DNA of 53,367 nucleotides from a virus (IMGVR_UViG_3300037484_000460:1-53367); one strand, 5' to 3'; numbered from the stretch's first letter, positions 28,551 through 38,307 are shown. Translations and numbers: made by a program. The notes: generated by a model from the letters alone, not told the origin.

Positions 28551-28555
28551 GCACT

Positions 28556-28960
28556 GTGAAGCTGAAGGACCTTGAAGGACAGCTTCTTCGGTACGAACAG
28601 CGAATGGAGGAGGGGACGTTCCTTCTTGATGTGCATGACCCGTCCAAGGGCAAGGTCACCGAGGTCCGGCCAGCTCACTACTTCATCCCAGTTGCGACCT
28701 TGCCTGAGGCGCACGCGGTCAGCTTTCTGTGTCCTCAAGCATATGCAAAGAACGGTGGCCCGGTTGGAACGCACAGCGTGATGGTTGCGTTCGAAGGAAG
28801 CCCGGTCCCTCCTCACCTCTGCGGCGGTAAGAACGGGCCGACCAGGTGGAAGGCGAGCGGGACATCTATCGAGGACATGACCCTCACCCCCTCTATCCAG
28901 GAGGTGGACGACGGTCTTTGTAGTTGGCACGGTTTCGTAACGAATGGAGATGCGTCATGA
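28556..28960 (+). CDS. DUF6527-like Cys/His protein
   Basis: FLCP..TLTPSI..CSWHGFVTNG. Confidence 0.7.
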   Translation: MKLKDLEGQLLRYEQRMEEGTFLLDVHDPSKGKVTEVRPAHYFIPVATLPEAHAVSFLCPQAYAKNGGPVGTHSVMVAFEGSPVPPHLCGGKNGPTRWKASGTSIEDMTLTPSIQEVDDGLCSWHGFVTNGDAS

Positions 28961-29010
28961 AGCGCGCCCTCGCACTCGTCCTGCTCAGCGCCCTCTACGG
29001 GTGCGGGGGC

Positions 29011-29271
29011 CTACTCGTCGCGGAGGATCTCGAGGGCCTGGCGCTTGGTCGCGTAGACCGGGCCCTCGACGTGGATCTGGCGCGACTCATCCCAGCGCAG
29101 GACGCCCCAGCCACCGGGGCGCTCGGCCACGTAGTCCTTGGCGTGCCGGCGGGCGGCGAGGGCGCGCTCCTGGATCACGGCGTACTGCTCGGGGGTGCGG
29201 CGCTTGGCCGCTCCGGTCCCGGCCTTGCCGGCTCGGCTCAGGTGCTCGCGGAGCGTAATCTCGCGGGCCAT
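29011..29271 (-). CDS. Small basic, probably DNA-binding protein
   Basis: HLSRAGKAG..AKRRTPEQ..ARR pattern; RBS AGGAC. Confidence 0.65.
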   Translation of the reverse strand: MAREITLREHLSRAGKAGTGAAKRRTPEQYAVIQERALAARRHAKDYVAERPGGWGVLRWDESRQIHVEGPVYATKRQALEILRDE

Positions 29272-29556
29272 CTACGTCCTCGCCCTGAGCGTCTCGTAGG
29301 CCCGGCGCATCGCCCGGTACTCGGACCGGATGATGCCCGGCAGCGAGGTCCGCGAGGCGCGCAGCGTGCTACCGGTGCCAGCGAGCTGCTCGCACACCTG
29401 GGCCGTGCGTCCGCCGCCAAGGTGCTCGATCACATAGACCGGCCGGTCGGCGCCGGCCGAGAAGCGCCGCGTCACGCGCTCCTCGGTGATGGAGTCGGTG
29501 TAGCTGATCTGGACGTGGCCGCTGGTCTCTACCGTCATCTGCATTCGCTTCATCAT
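29272..29556 (-). CDS. Hypothetical protein
   Basis: RBS GAGGAGG. Confidence 0.75.
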   Translation of the reverse strand: MMKRMQMTVETSGHVQISYTDSITEERVTRRFSAGADRPVYVIEHLGGGRTAQVCEQLAGTGSTLRASRTSLPGIIRSEYRAMRRAYETLRART

Positions 29557-29616
29557 GGCCTCCTCAGCGCGGGCCTTACCCGCGGACGCCCCCGGGAGGG
29601 CGTTTCGGCCTGGTGG

Positions 29617-29829
29617 TCAGTCTCCCGAGGCCAGGTAGGAGCGGATGAGGGCCTCTGCGGCTGCGTGCGCCATGGGCTCGCTGGTGAGCCCCAGGCACTC
29701 CCAGCCAGCAGCTCGCTCGCCGAGCCGGGTCACGAGATGGACGCTGTAGCTGCCATCGCTGACCGGCATGATTCTGGCCCGCTCGCCCTCGGTCTCCACA
29801 GTCCATCGGTCGCTCATCTTGGCCTCCAT
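29617..29829 (-). CDS. Hypothetical protein (start 29829 or 29817)
   Basis: Directly after a consensus promoter. Confidence 0.7.
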   Translation of the reverse strand: MEAKMSDRWTVETEGERARIMPVSDGSYSVHLVTRLGERAAGWECLGLTSEPMAHAAAEALIRSYLASGD

Positions 29830-29836
29830 ACCTACC

Positions 29837-29865
29837 AATATAGTCCGGCAACATGTTGCTGTCAA
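29837..29865 (-). promoter_or_regulatory. Strong leftward sigma70 promoter with a palindrome in the spacer
   Basis: TTGACA-17 bp-TATATT; GCAACATGTTGC palindrome at 29848-29859. Confidence 0.85.
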
Positions 29866-29899
29866 GGGAAAAGCGACAAGCCCGGGAGGGAAATCGCAC

Positions 29900-31918
29900 A
29901 TGCTGCGTAAGTCCTTTGTTTTGGTGGCACTTCTGGCGCTACCGGCGTGCACGGGCATCCCCTGCATCCCCTACCCTGGGGGCCCGCCGTGCCCAGGGCC
30001 GACCCCGACGCCAACTCCGACCCCCACGCCCACACCACCGAGTCCGGTCTGCCAACCGCCCGACCTGGTGACCTCGTGCTGGCACCAACCTCCAGGTCAG
30101 CCGTGGATCTACATCTGCCCGGGTGGCACGCAGGTGGGCGACCCGAAGGAGTGCCCGACCGTCGTGCCGGGCGAGCCGCTGAAGGCGGTCGGTGCCCAGT
30201 TTCAGCCGCCGATCCTAGGCAGCGTCACCACGCATCACAACTGGCCGCTTGTGGACACCGTGGCGCTCGACGCCATTGCGGCGGCCAGCCTCAACGCGAC
30301 GGCCATGCGCCTGCCACTCATGGCCGACGACCGAGGGCCAGCCTACGAGCTGTACGAGCGCGTTCCTGGCACCACGTCGGCCTACGTGTGGCACCCCGGA
30401 GAAGGCGAGCCCCAGCACGCCTACGAGCTTGCCGCCCTCTTGCGCAACGGCCCCGCGATCCAGGTGCTCAAGCGTCGCGGGCTCAAGATCGCGGACACCG
30501 CTCCGAAGTTCGATCTCACGAAGTTCTCGAGAGCGTTCGACGACAACCTCGGAGGTGTCCTCGAGCACGCCCGCGCGAAGGGCATCTTCGTCAACATCGG
30601 TTTGTGGGACGGCTGGGGCATGGTCCACACGGAGTTGCCTCTGTTCTGGCGGCTCGGCAACAACGTTCAGGGAATCGACATCGGCTATTGCTCCGACATG
30701 CGGCAGGCTCCGCACCCGACCATCCTTGCGCTCGTCGATCACGTCGTGCAGGTGGCGGGCCGATTCCCTCACGTCTACTGGGAGCTGGGCAACGAGGCGA
30801 ACCGCTGCCGGCCCGCGGCCGCGTTCGTGGACGGGATCCGCCAGCAGATTCGCGCCACCGAAACGCGCCTCGGCTACGCGCGGCACCTCTGGAGTCCGGG
30901 CACGCTTAACGACGATCTATCGGGGGAGCGCGGCTCCGAGTACGACTACCTCTCAGCGCACGGCTTCCCGAAGCCAGCGCAGCCGGCGCCCACGGAGGTG
31001 AACGAGTTCGGCCCGATGCGCGGGACGGAGTACCTCCAGAGGCTCGCGCAGGCGAAGCAGCTAGGCACCACTTTCCACTGGTGGTTCGACGACAACGCTT
31101 ACGGTGGGGCTTGGGATGACCCCGCGTGGGAGCGGGAATGGCTCGAGACGATGGCCGCGATGCGAGGCACCACGCCCGTCACCGGCTGCTCCGACATCCC
31201 GAACGAGGACGCCGTCGCGGTCTCGCCGCGCCCGCCCGCCGATTCCGAGATCGCATCCGCGATCAACGCCGCGATGGTCAAGGTCACCGGCTGCGCCGTC
31301 GGCTCGCAGTGCTTCATCGAAGAGCCGATGCAGAGCTTCTTCGCTAAGGTCACGGAGGAGATCCGGAAGGCGAGCCCCTCGATGTGCGCCGGGGTCCAGA
31401 CCGACAGCGAAGGCCCCGTGGACCAGATCTGCGCGGGCACGCGTGACCGCTGCCAGGGCAACCACGTGTTCTCTTGCCGCGCGGACGGCTGCCATCACGG
31501 CGCGGTCGGCTGGGCCCCGGGTAGCTACACCAACCGCAACGGCGATACCTGGGTGCGGCCGACGACCACTTCTTGCTTGCCCGCCCCGCCCCTCGGGAAG
31601 ATCGTGGTCACGAACGCGGGGGTCAACCGCGTCGTCGTCGACGCGACGCCGAAGACGTGCGACGACCAGGAATGGAACCGCCGCTGCTCTACCGGCAACA
31701 CCTGCTCACCCGGCGGCGCCGAGGGCAACACGGACCGTGAGGCGGTCGAGCGCCAGTGGGGACCGTACACATGGACCGTGGACGGCGCGTCCTGTCCGAC
31801 GTGCTTCCTCGACGGCGGGAACCCGCTGCGGCTCGTGGCCCCTGGCCAGGACGGTAAGACGATCCGCGTGACGGGCGGGAACGGCGTCTTCGCGGAGATC
31901 GTGGGGGCGCATCCGTGA
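29900..31918 (+). CDS. Lipoprotein with a PT linker, a GH-A clan TIM-barrel glycoside hydrolase-like domain and Cys-rich domains
   Basis: MLRKSFVLVALLALPAC lipobox; YWELGNE acid/base motif, VNEFG. Confidence 0.7.
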   Translation: MLRKSFVLVALLALPACTGIPCIPYPGGPPCPGPTPTPTPTPTPTPPSPVCQPPDLVTSCWHQPPGQPWIYICPGGTQVGDPKECPTVVPGEPLKAVGAQFQPPILGSVTTHHNWPLVDTVALDAIAAASLNATAMRLPLMADDRGPAYELYERVPGTTSAYVWHPGEGEPQHAYELAALLRNGPAIQVLKRRGLKIADTAPKFDLTKFSRAFDDNLGGVLEHARAKGIFVNIGLWDGWGMVHTELPLFWRLGNNVQGIDIGYCSDMRQAPHPTILALVDHVVQVAGRFPHVYWELGNEANRCRPAAAFVDGIRQQIRATETRLGYARHLWSPGTLNDDLSGERGSEYDYLSAHGFPKPAQPAPTEVNEFGPMRGTEYLQRLAQAKQLGTTFHWWFDDNAYGGAWDDPAWEREWLETMAAMRGTTPVTGCSDIPNEDAVAVSPRPPADSEIASAINAAMVKVTGCAVGSQCFIEEPMQSFFAKVTEEIRKASPSMCAGVQTDSEGPVDQICAGTRDRCQGNHVFSCRADGCHHGAVGWAPGSYTNRNGDTWVRPTTTSCLPAPPLGKIVVTNAGVNRVVVDATPKTCDDQEWNRRCSTGNTCSPGGAEGNTDREAVERQWGPYTWTVDGASCPTCFLDGGNPLRLVAPGQDGKTIRVTGGNGVFAEIVGAHP

Positions 31919-32115
31919 CCAAGCGCAAGGGTCGCCGGTCGCAAAGTCTGGGCCACAAGACCGTCGAGGACGTCGAAGCGTACAGCGCTGGCCGGCAAGC
32001 CTGGGACCGTGGCATCCCCAAGGGTTCGTGCCCCTACGAATCGGGCTCTCGGATTGCGCAGAAATGGTGTCAGGGCTGGGCCCAAGCGAAGGACGATTCA
32101 CTGGAGAAGGCATGA
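31915..32115 (+). CDS. Rmf/CrpP-fold small protein
   Basis: AYSAGRQA..G....CPY......WCQGW. Confidence 0.65.
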   Translation: MTKRKGRRSQSLGHKTVEDVEAYSAGRQAWDRGIPKGSCPYESGSRIAQKWCQGWAQAKDDSLEKA

Positions 32116-32627
32116 CGCCCGAAACCGCCGACCTTCTGAAGACGGTGGGACCGCCCCTCGTTGGAGCGATAGCAGGCTGGCTCAGCGGCTTCCTCGGCGG
32201 CGTCATGAAGTACGGCGCGATCAAGGCGAAAGTCGAAGGTTGGGACGCGGTGCGCAAGGAAGACAACGACGGGCACGAGACCGCAGACGGCCGCCTTCAC
32301 CTGGAGATCGAGGAGCTGCGGAAGGACTTCGACAAAGACCTGAATCGCCAGAGGCTCGACTGCGAGCGGTCCTTCAGCGAGGGCCGCCGCGACGCCGACG
32401 CGCTGCGTGGGTCGATCAACGGTCTTGGCGGTCGGGTGAACAAGCTCGACCGCGAGATCGGAGAGGCGAAGGCCGGCGCCGAGAAGCTTGTCGAGGCAGA
32501 GCGCCATCGTATCGACGAGCACGCGAAACGGAGCGAGGAGCAACAGCGGCAGAACGCCGAGTATTACGCCGCCGAAGCGAAGCGCGCGCTGGAGCGGGTC
32601 GAGAAGCTGATTGCGGAACGAGCATGA
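32112..32627 (+). CDS. N-terminal TM plus coiled-coil protein (lysis accessory?)
   Basis: Hydrophobic N-terminus, charged helical remainder. Confidence 0.65.
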   Translation: MTPETADLLKTVGPPLVGAIAGWLSGFLGGVMKYGAIKAKVEGWDAVRKEDNDGHETADGRLHLEIEELRKDFDKDLNRQRLDCERSFSEGRRDADALRGSINGLGGRVNKLDREIGEAKAGAEKLVEAERHRIDEHAKRSEEQQRQNAEYYAAEAKRALERVEKLIAERA

Positions 32628-32860
32628 TCTACCTCGTGGTGACGATTCTCCTCGTGCAGCTACTCCAGGCCGCCTGGCTGATCAGCCATGAGCGTCAACT
32701 CAGCAAACTCCCCGCACTACTCGAGAAGCGGGACGAGGAGATGTTCAGGCGGTTCCGCGCCGAGGTGATCGCCGCACTTAACGAGCGGATGGACACCAAA
32801 GCCGAAGAGCGAGCGCTAGGGAGTCGGCGATCGTCCGACGAAGCGCTAAGGACCAGGTGA
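32624..32860 (+). CDS. Small TM protein
   Basis: MIYLVVTILLVQLLQAAWLI; ATGA overlap. Confidence 0.6.
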   Translation: MIYLVVTILLVQLLQAAWLISHERQLSKLPALLEKRDEEMFRRFRAEVIAALNERMDTKAEERALGSRRSSDEALRTR

Positions 32861-32866
32861 GGGTCA

Positions 32867-35800
32867 GTGGCAGCACCGACCGTTAGGGGCGTCGGCGCCT
32901 TCGGAAGCGGGACCACTAGTTTCGTCGCTGCGGTCCCGACCGGGGGCAGCGCTCCGCAGGCCGGCGATGCGATGTACATCGTCATGGAGTCGAGCGACTC
33001 CACGACGGCCGCCGGAACGCCGACCACTCCCACCGACTGGACGAAGCTGTTCGAGAACACCGTAGGCGCCGGAGCCACGGGCGTCACGACCCTGACGATC
33101 TTCGGCAAGATCGCCGGTGCGAGCGAGGCCAACGTTACGGTCAGCGGCGTAGGGAACCACTGCGCCGGGGCGATGATCGTCATCGCCGGTCACGGGTTGG
33201 CGCACATCACTGCGACGGTGGTAGGTGAGCCGACCGACAACGGGACGGGCACCACCGGGCGGACGATCTCATCGATCAACGGGCCGGCCGACTCGCTGAT
33301 CATCGGGGCCATCGGACTCAGCGACGACGCGAACGACACGACGAACATGTCGAACGTCGCCAACGCCAACCTCACAGGGCTCACGGAGCACATCGACCAA
33401 ACGGTCTCAACCGGTGCAGGCGGCGGCGTCTGCATCCACACCGGGGCCTGTGCCGGGACGAGCAGCGGGTCGACGACGTGGGATCACGACACCGCGGAAC
33501 GGGCGCAGTCGGTACACCTCGGGGTTCCGCCGACAGGGGTCTCTCCGAGGCTGATCCAGAAGGCTGGTGGCACGGCGGACAACACGACGTCCGTGGTGGT
33601 GGCCTATCCCGCCGACGTCGTGACCGGCGACCTGCTGGTTATCGCGGTTGTGAAGTACAGCCCTTCGGACGACGCCTTCGTCGTCGGGGACATCTCCAAG
33701 AGCGCAGGCACGGCGACGCTCGGTTCATTCACGCTCGACCAAAACGTAAACTTCGACTTCCAGGCTTCATCGGACAGGATGGCGGGCGCCATCTACTCCG
33801 CGCCAGTCACGGCTGGAGGCTCATGCACGATCACCGTGGGCGGTGCGGTGGCCGGCTCGTTCCTCGTGATGTCGGTCTCGGAGTGGGAGGGGCTCGACAC
33901 TGGGGCCTCCCGTCTCGAGGACTCGGACACGGGGACGGGCGCGAGTGGGGCACCAGCTACTGCTACCGCGACGAGCGCGGGCGCCGCGCTGTTCGCCGGC
34001 ATCGTCCTGACCAACTACGCGGTTGTGACGACTCACACTCCGGGCGCGGACTACAACACCCTCTTTGAGTCAGAGGACGGCGCAACCCACGCGACAGGAA
34101 GCGCCGAGTATCGCGTTGTCACGGCAGGGACGACGGACGCGGCCGACTGGGTTGCGCCGACGACCTCGGACTACGCCTGCGCCCTCGCCGTGTACAAGGC
34201 CGCTACGGCAGCGCAGGAGGTGACGGGGGCGCATCTCGCCTCCACGTTCCAGACCTTTGCGCCCAGCATCGTAGGTGAGGGCGCGGTCGCCGGGGCACAT
34301 GTCGCCAGCGCACTCCAGCTCTTTCCGCCCACGCTGCGCTACGCAGCGGTCGGGACGTTCCTCGCCTCGACCCTACAGCTCTTCTCGCCGGTCGTACAGC
34401 ACACGCCGGCTTGGCCCTTGCGGGCGAGCACGAACGGTCGCTACCTCGAGGACCAGCGCAGCATCCCGTTCCTGGTGAACGGGACGGCCGTCTGGAGCCT
34501 GACGCACAACTTGACCTTGAGCGAGGCGACCAACGTCCTCGACAGGCTGAAGGCGAAGGGTCTCAACTCGGTCATCGTCTCGGCGCCTGACTCCTTCGAT
34601 GAGAGCGGGACACCATCGGACCCCGTGTCGGACGACAAACAGGGCAATCAGCCGTTCACGAGCAACGACCTGACGCAGCCCATTGAAGCCTATTGGAGCC
34701 ACGTTGACGACGTCCTCGACGCCTGCAAGGCGCGGAACTTCCTCGTCTACTTCACTCCGCTCTATCTGGGTTTCAGCGACACCGAGGGCTTCAGGGACGT
34801 GCTTGCGTCGAACAGCGTGGCCAACGCGACGACCTACGGCGAGTTCCTGGGCACACGTTACGGTGGGTTGGGTAACCTCGTCTGGCTGAACGGCGGGGAC
34901 GTGGCGCCGACCACGTGGGCATCGAAGGTGCGCGCGATCCAGGACGGGATCATCTCGACGGCATCCGTCAGCATGCCGCACGCGACGCACTGGGGACCAG
35001 ACGAGAACCCGTGGGACTTCACCACCGATTTCGCTGAATCGCGCTTCCAAATCCACAACGTCTATACCTACAACCCGGTCGGCAATAGGACGAATGACAG
35101 CTACAACCACTCGCCGACGAAGCCGACGATCTTCCTTGAGACCGACTACGAGGGCGCAGGCGGGGACGACATCTGGGCCGAGCCGTACCGCGCGATGTTC
35201 AGCGGCGCGATGGGGCACTTCAGCGGGAACATCCCGCTCTGGTACTGCGGCGACAACAACGGCGGATGGAGCGCTGCGCTAGACAGCACGGGGTTCACGC
35301 GCCTAGCCCACCTGTGGGAACTGTTCAACGCTCGGCAGTGGTGGAAGCTCGTCCCGTCGAGAGATGGCGCGTTGATGACGTCGGGGAACGGCAACCCCGA
35401 CCTCGACTCCGGGTGCCAGGGTGCCCTGACCGCCGATCAGAAGCTCGCGATGATCTTCTTCCCGTCGCAGCTGACCGTGACGGTGGACTTGACCGCTGTG
35501 GACGCCCTGGGCGCCGGATCGTCGATACAGGCGGACTGGTTCAACACGCGCACCGGAGAGGTCACGAGCGACGGGTCGTACGGCGTGACCGGCACGCACA
35601 ACTTCACGCCCCCGAGCAGCAGTTCGGAGTTCGTCCTCGTCCTGACCTCGGACGTGCCGCCAGCGACGGACTCCTCGGCTACCGGAGCGCATAGGGCGTC
35701 GTCGCTTCAGCTCTTCGCGGGGACGCTGCGCCACGTGGTGGTCGGGGTCCATCGGGCCTCTACGCTTCAGCTCTTCGCTCCCACCGTCGCTCCTGGTGCG

Positions 35801-36811
35801 GTGACGATCGCCGGAGCGCACCTATCCTCCACCCTCCAGGTCTTCCCCGGCACGCTCGCCGTCGGTGCCGTCACTGTGAGCGGCGCGCACCTGGGGAGTG
35901 GGCTTCAGCTATTCGCGCCGACCGTATCGCAGGGCGGAGCGACGCAGGATGTGACTGGCGTCCATCGGGCGTCGACCCTGGTCGTCAACGCTCCAACGCT
36001 GACCCATATTGTGGCTGGCGCCCATCTTGGACCCGCGCTCCAGGTCTTCGCCCCGACCCTGTCTCATGCCGCCGTGGGGGCGCACGTCTCCAGCGCGTTC
36101 CAGGTGTTCGCGCCGGCCTTGGCGTACCGGATCGTCGGTGCCCACGTTGCCTCTACTCTCCAGACGTTCACGCCGACAACCGCGTACCGCGTTGCGGGCG
36201 CGCATCGGACGAGCGCCCTCCAGGTCTTTGCTCCAACCGTCTCGACGTTCGGCACGATCAGCGGCGCCAACGTGCCGAGCACCCTCCAGCTCTTCTCAGG
36301 TACGGCGTCCGCCGGGCCGGTCGCGGTCCAGGGGGCGCACGTCTCGAGCAGTCTTGCGGTCTTCTCGCCGAGTGTGTCGCGCACCGTCGCCGGTGCGCAC
36401 CTGGGCTTAACGCTCCAGCTCTTCGCGCCCAGCACCATCTATCGCGTCTCCGGGGCGCACGTAGGCCCGACGCTCACGCTGTTCGCTCCGACGATCACGA
36501 CCTTTGGAACGATCGCGGGAGCGCACGCCCCTAGCACGCTTCAGCTCTTCGCGCCAACGGTCACGCCTGCGTCGTGGCCGATCGTAGGCGCGCACTCGGG
36601 CTCGACCCTTGTCGTGTTCACCCCGACGCTAGGCTACGTGGTAGCTGGAGCGCATCGGGGGCCGATGTTGCAGGTCTTCTCGCCGACTGTGTCCGGCGGG
36701 ATCCAGTACCTCGTGATCTCCCAGCCCGGTGCGGGGAGCCACGGCACGTCGTTGGGTGAGAGTCGGACGAGTTCCGCCCTCAACGGAAGTCGGAACTCGA
36801 CAGAAATATAA
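32867..36811 (+). CDS. Large virion adhesin/fibre with a DUF4038 (apiosidase-like) hydrolase, a collagen-binding-like domain and 19 shaft repeats
   Basis: NGRYLEDQRSIPFLVNGTAVW, VWLNGGD, KPTIFLETDYE, WFNTRTGE; repeats GAHxxSxLQxFxP. Confidence 0.8.
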   Translation: MAAPTVRGVGAFGSGTTSFVAAVPTGGSAPQAGDAMYIVMESSDSTTAAGTPTTPTDWTKLFENTVGAGATGVTTLTIFGKIAGASEANVTVSGVGNHCAGAMIVIAGHGLAHITATVVGEPTDNGTGTTGRTISSINGPADSLIIGAIGLSDDANDTTNMSNVANANLTGLTEHIDQTVSTGAGGGVCIHTGACAGTSSGSTTWDHDTAERAQSVHLGVPPTGVSPRLIQKAGGTADNTTSVVVAYPADVVTGDLLVIAVVKYSPSDDAFVVGDISKSAGTATLGSFTLDQNVNFDFQASSDRMAGAIYSAPVTAGGSCTITVGGAVAGSFLVMSVSEWEGLDTGASRLEDSDTGTGASGAPATATATSAGAALFAGIVLTNYAVVTTHTPGADYNTLFESEDGATHATGSAEYRVVTAGTTDAADWVAPTTSDYACALAVYKAATAAQEVTGAHLASTFQTFAPSIVGEGAVAGAHVASALQLFPPTLRYAAVGTFLASTLQLFSPVVQHTPAWPLRASTNGRYLEDQRSIPFLVNGTAVWSLTHNLTLSEATNVLDRLKAKGLNSVIVSAPDSFDESGTPSDPVSDDKQGNQPFTSNDLTQPIEAYWSHVDDVLDACKARNFLVYFTPLYLGFSDTEGFRDVLASNSVANATTYGEFLGTRYGGLGNLVWLNGGDVAPTTWASKVRAIQDGIISTASVSMPHATHWGPDENPWDFTTDFAESRFQIHNVYTYNPVGNRTNDSYNHSPTKPTIFLETDYEGAGGDDIWAEPYRAMFSGAMGHFSGNIPLWYCGDNNGGWSAALDSTGFTRLAHLWELFNARQWWKLVPSRDGALMTSGNGNPDLDSGCQGALTADQKLAMIFFPSQLTVTVDLTAVDALGAGSSIQADWFNTRTGEVTSDGSYGVTGTHNFTPPSSSSEFVLVLTSDVPPATDSSATGAHRASSLQLFAGTLRHVVVGVHRASTLQLFAPTVAPGAVTIAGAHLSSTLQVFPGTLAVGAVTVSGAHLGSGLQLFAPTVSQGGATQDVTGVHRASTLVVNAPTLTHIVAGAHLGPALQVFAPTLSHAAVGAHVSSAFQVFAPALAYRIVGAHVASTLQTFTPTTAYRVAGAHRTSALQVFAPTVSTFGTISGANVPSTLQLFSGTASAGPVAVQGAHVSSSLAVFSPSVSRTVAGAHLGLTLQLFAPSTIYRVSGAHVGPTLTLFAPTITTFGTIAGAHAPSTLQLFAPTVTPASWPIVGAHSGSTLVVFTPTLGYVVAGAHRGPMLQVFSPTVSGGIQYLVISQPGAGSHGTSLGESRTSSALNGSRNSTEI

Positions 36812-36822
36812 AAGGAGAAGGA

Positions 36823-37230
36823 ATGGCCAACGCAGCGTACGACACGTTCAAGAACGGGCTCGGGCTCAAGGTCTTCGACATGGACGCTGACGTGTTCAAG
36901 GCGACCCTGTCCGACGCGGCGGACTACACCTACAGCGCGGCGCATGATTTCTATGGTGGAGCCTCGCCGGATGTCCCGGCCGCGGCAAAGGTCGCAGTCT
37001 CTGGCGACATCGCTGGCACCTGGAGCGCGGCGGGCGTGTTCGACTCGGCGGACTTCACGTGGACGGCCGTCACTGGCGACCAGTGCGAGCAGGTGCTTCT
37101 ATGGGACGACACGATCACGGACGACCGACTCTGCGTCTTCTACGACACCGGGATGACGGGGATGCCGGTGACGCCGAATGGCGGGGACATCAACTTCACC
37201 GTGCACACGAGCGGCTGGTGCGCGCTGTAG
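36823..37230 (+). CDS. Structural filament/fibre subunit
   Basis: MANAAYD.FK..L...DMDADVFK..VFDSADFTW..PVTPNGGDI; strong RBS. Confidence 0.65.
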   Translation: MANAAYDTFKNGLGLKVFDMDADVFKATLSDAADYTYSAAHDFYGGASPDVPAAAKVAVSGDIAGTWSAAGVFDSADFTWTAVTGDQCEQVLLWDDTITDDRLCVFYDTGMTGMPVTPNGGDINFTVHTSGWCAL

Positions 37231-37261
37231 GCCACGCCCGCCGTGCCAATAGGAGTAAAGA

Positions 37262-37483
37262 GTGATAGAGACCTGCGTCGGCTGTGGCGTAGAGGCGGGG
37301 CAACACCCCATCATCGCGGTGGTGCGAGACGAGCCGGCCTGGGCCAGCAAGCCGGTCTGTGAGCGGTGCTGGCGCGACCCCGCCCACCGGGCGACGCCCA
37401 TCAAGGGCCACTTCTTCAACCGGGGCGATGCCGCGGTGGCGCTTCGCTTCGCTGGGTCGGCCAACGTCAGCATGGGCGGCTGA
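37262..37483 (+). CDS. Small Zn-binding protein
   Basis: CVGC..CERC; RBS AGGAG. Confidence 0.6.
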   Translation: MIETCVGCGVEAGQHPIIAVVRDEPAWASKPVCERCWRDPAHRATPIKGHFFNRGDAAVALRFAGSANVSMGG

Positions 37484-37876
37484 GTGACCTACGTCGGCAA
37501 CCCGAACGGGGCGAAGCAGCTCTGGTCGCGGTGGGAGTTTGAGATCAGGGAGGCGGGGAAACGGCCGGCCCTTGCCGATGTCGAGCTGAACGTAACGCGT
37601 TGGCTGCGCGCGGGCTTCGGCTCGGCGGGGCGGGCTCGTGTTGTACGGACGGTCCTCGGTTGGCGTATCGACCTCATCATCGAGGGGCCACCAGCCCATG
37701 ATCCGGGCTACGTCACGAGCGTGCGGCGCGACTTTCAACGGACGTTCGTGGAGAAGGGCTTCGGGCAGTTCGCGACGAGCGATGTGCGGGTCAACGTCCT
37801 CGCCGGGGACATCGAGGACGGTAAGCCGCGGGCGCAGATGGTCGAGCTGCTACACCCGCAGATCGAGGGGTTCTGA
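37484..37876 (+). CDS. Hypothetical protein
   Basis: Coupled ORF. Confidence 0.65.
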   Translation: MTYVGNPNGAKQLWSRWEFEIREAGKRPALADVELNVTRWLRAGFGSAGRARVVRTVLGWRIDLIIEGPPAHDPGYVTSVRRDFQRTFVEKGFGQFATSDVRVNVLAGDIEDGKPRAQMVELLHPQIEGF

Positions 37877-38307
37877 TGGCGGGAAAGATCCAGTATCTCA
37901 AGCAGAATGACGTACTACCGATTCTCGATGTGATCCTGAGGAACCCGGACGGGACGGTGCATGACCTCACAGGGTCTTCCGCCTGGAAGCTGCTGATCCA
38001 GATGCCTGACGGGAACAAGCTCATCCGGACGATGACCAAGGTGGGCGCCGACATCGACGGGCACCTGCGCTATGTCTGGGTCATGACGGACTGGGAGGCT
38101 GCGAGCGCGGCCGATGCGAACGGGAACTACACCGTCGGGGGGCTGGTCGTTGGACCAGGTCGGATCCTGGCCAACGGGACGTATCTACTCGGGCCGAAGG
38201 ACGTAGAGCCCTTCTTGGAATACGAGGTGCGTCCAGGCCCTCTTACGTTCCCGAATGACGGGATGGACATACTGCGCTGCCCGCCCCACGTGGGAGACGC
38301 GCCGTGA
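37876..38307 (+). CDS. BppU N-terminal-like adaptor protein
   Basis: LKQNDVLP..PDGTVHDLTG..GHLRYVW..EYEV..TFPNDG. Confidence 0.7.
   Translation: MAGKIQYLKQNDVLPILDVILRNPDGTVHDLTGSSAWKLLIQMPDGNKLIRTMTKVGADIDGHLRYVWVMTDWEAASAADANGNYTVGGLVVGPGRILANGTYLLGPKDVEPFLEYEVRPGPLTFPNDGMDILRCPPHVGDAP

Larger units (their letters stand above)
28957..29910 (+). other. Lipoprotein-signal ORF running antisense across the moron cassette (bridge ORF)
   Basis: ATGA start, MKRALALVLLSALYGC; the rest is the antisense shadow of three genes; ends overlapping the ATG at 29900. Confidence 0.45.
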
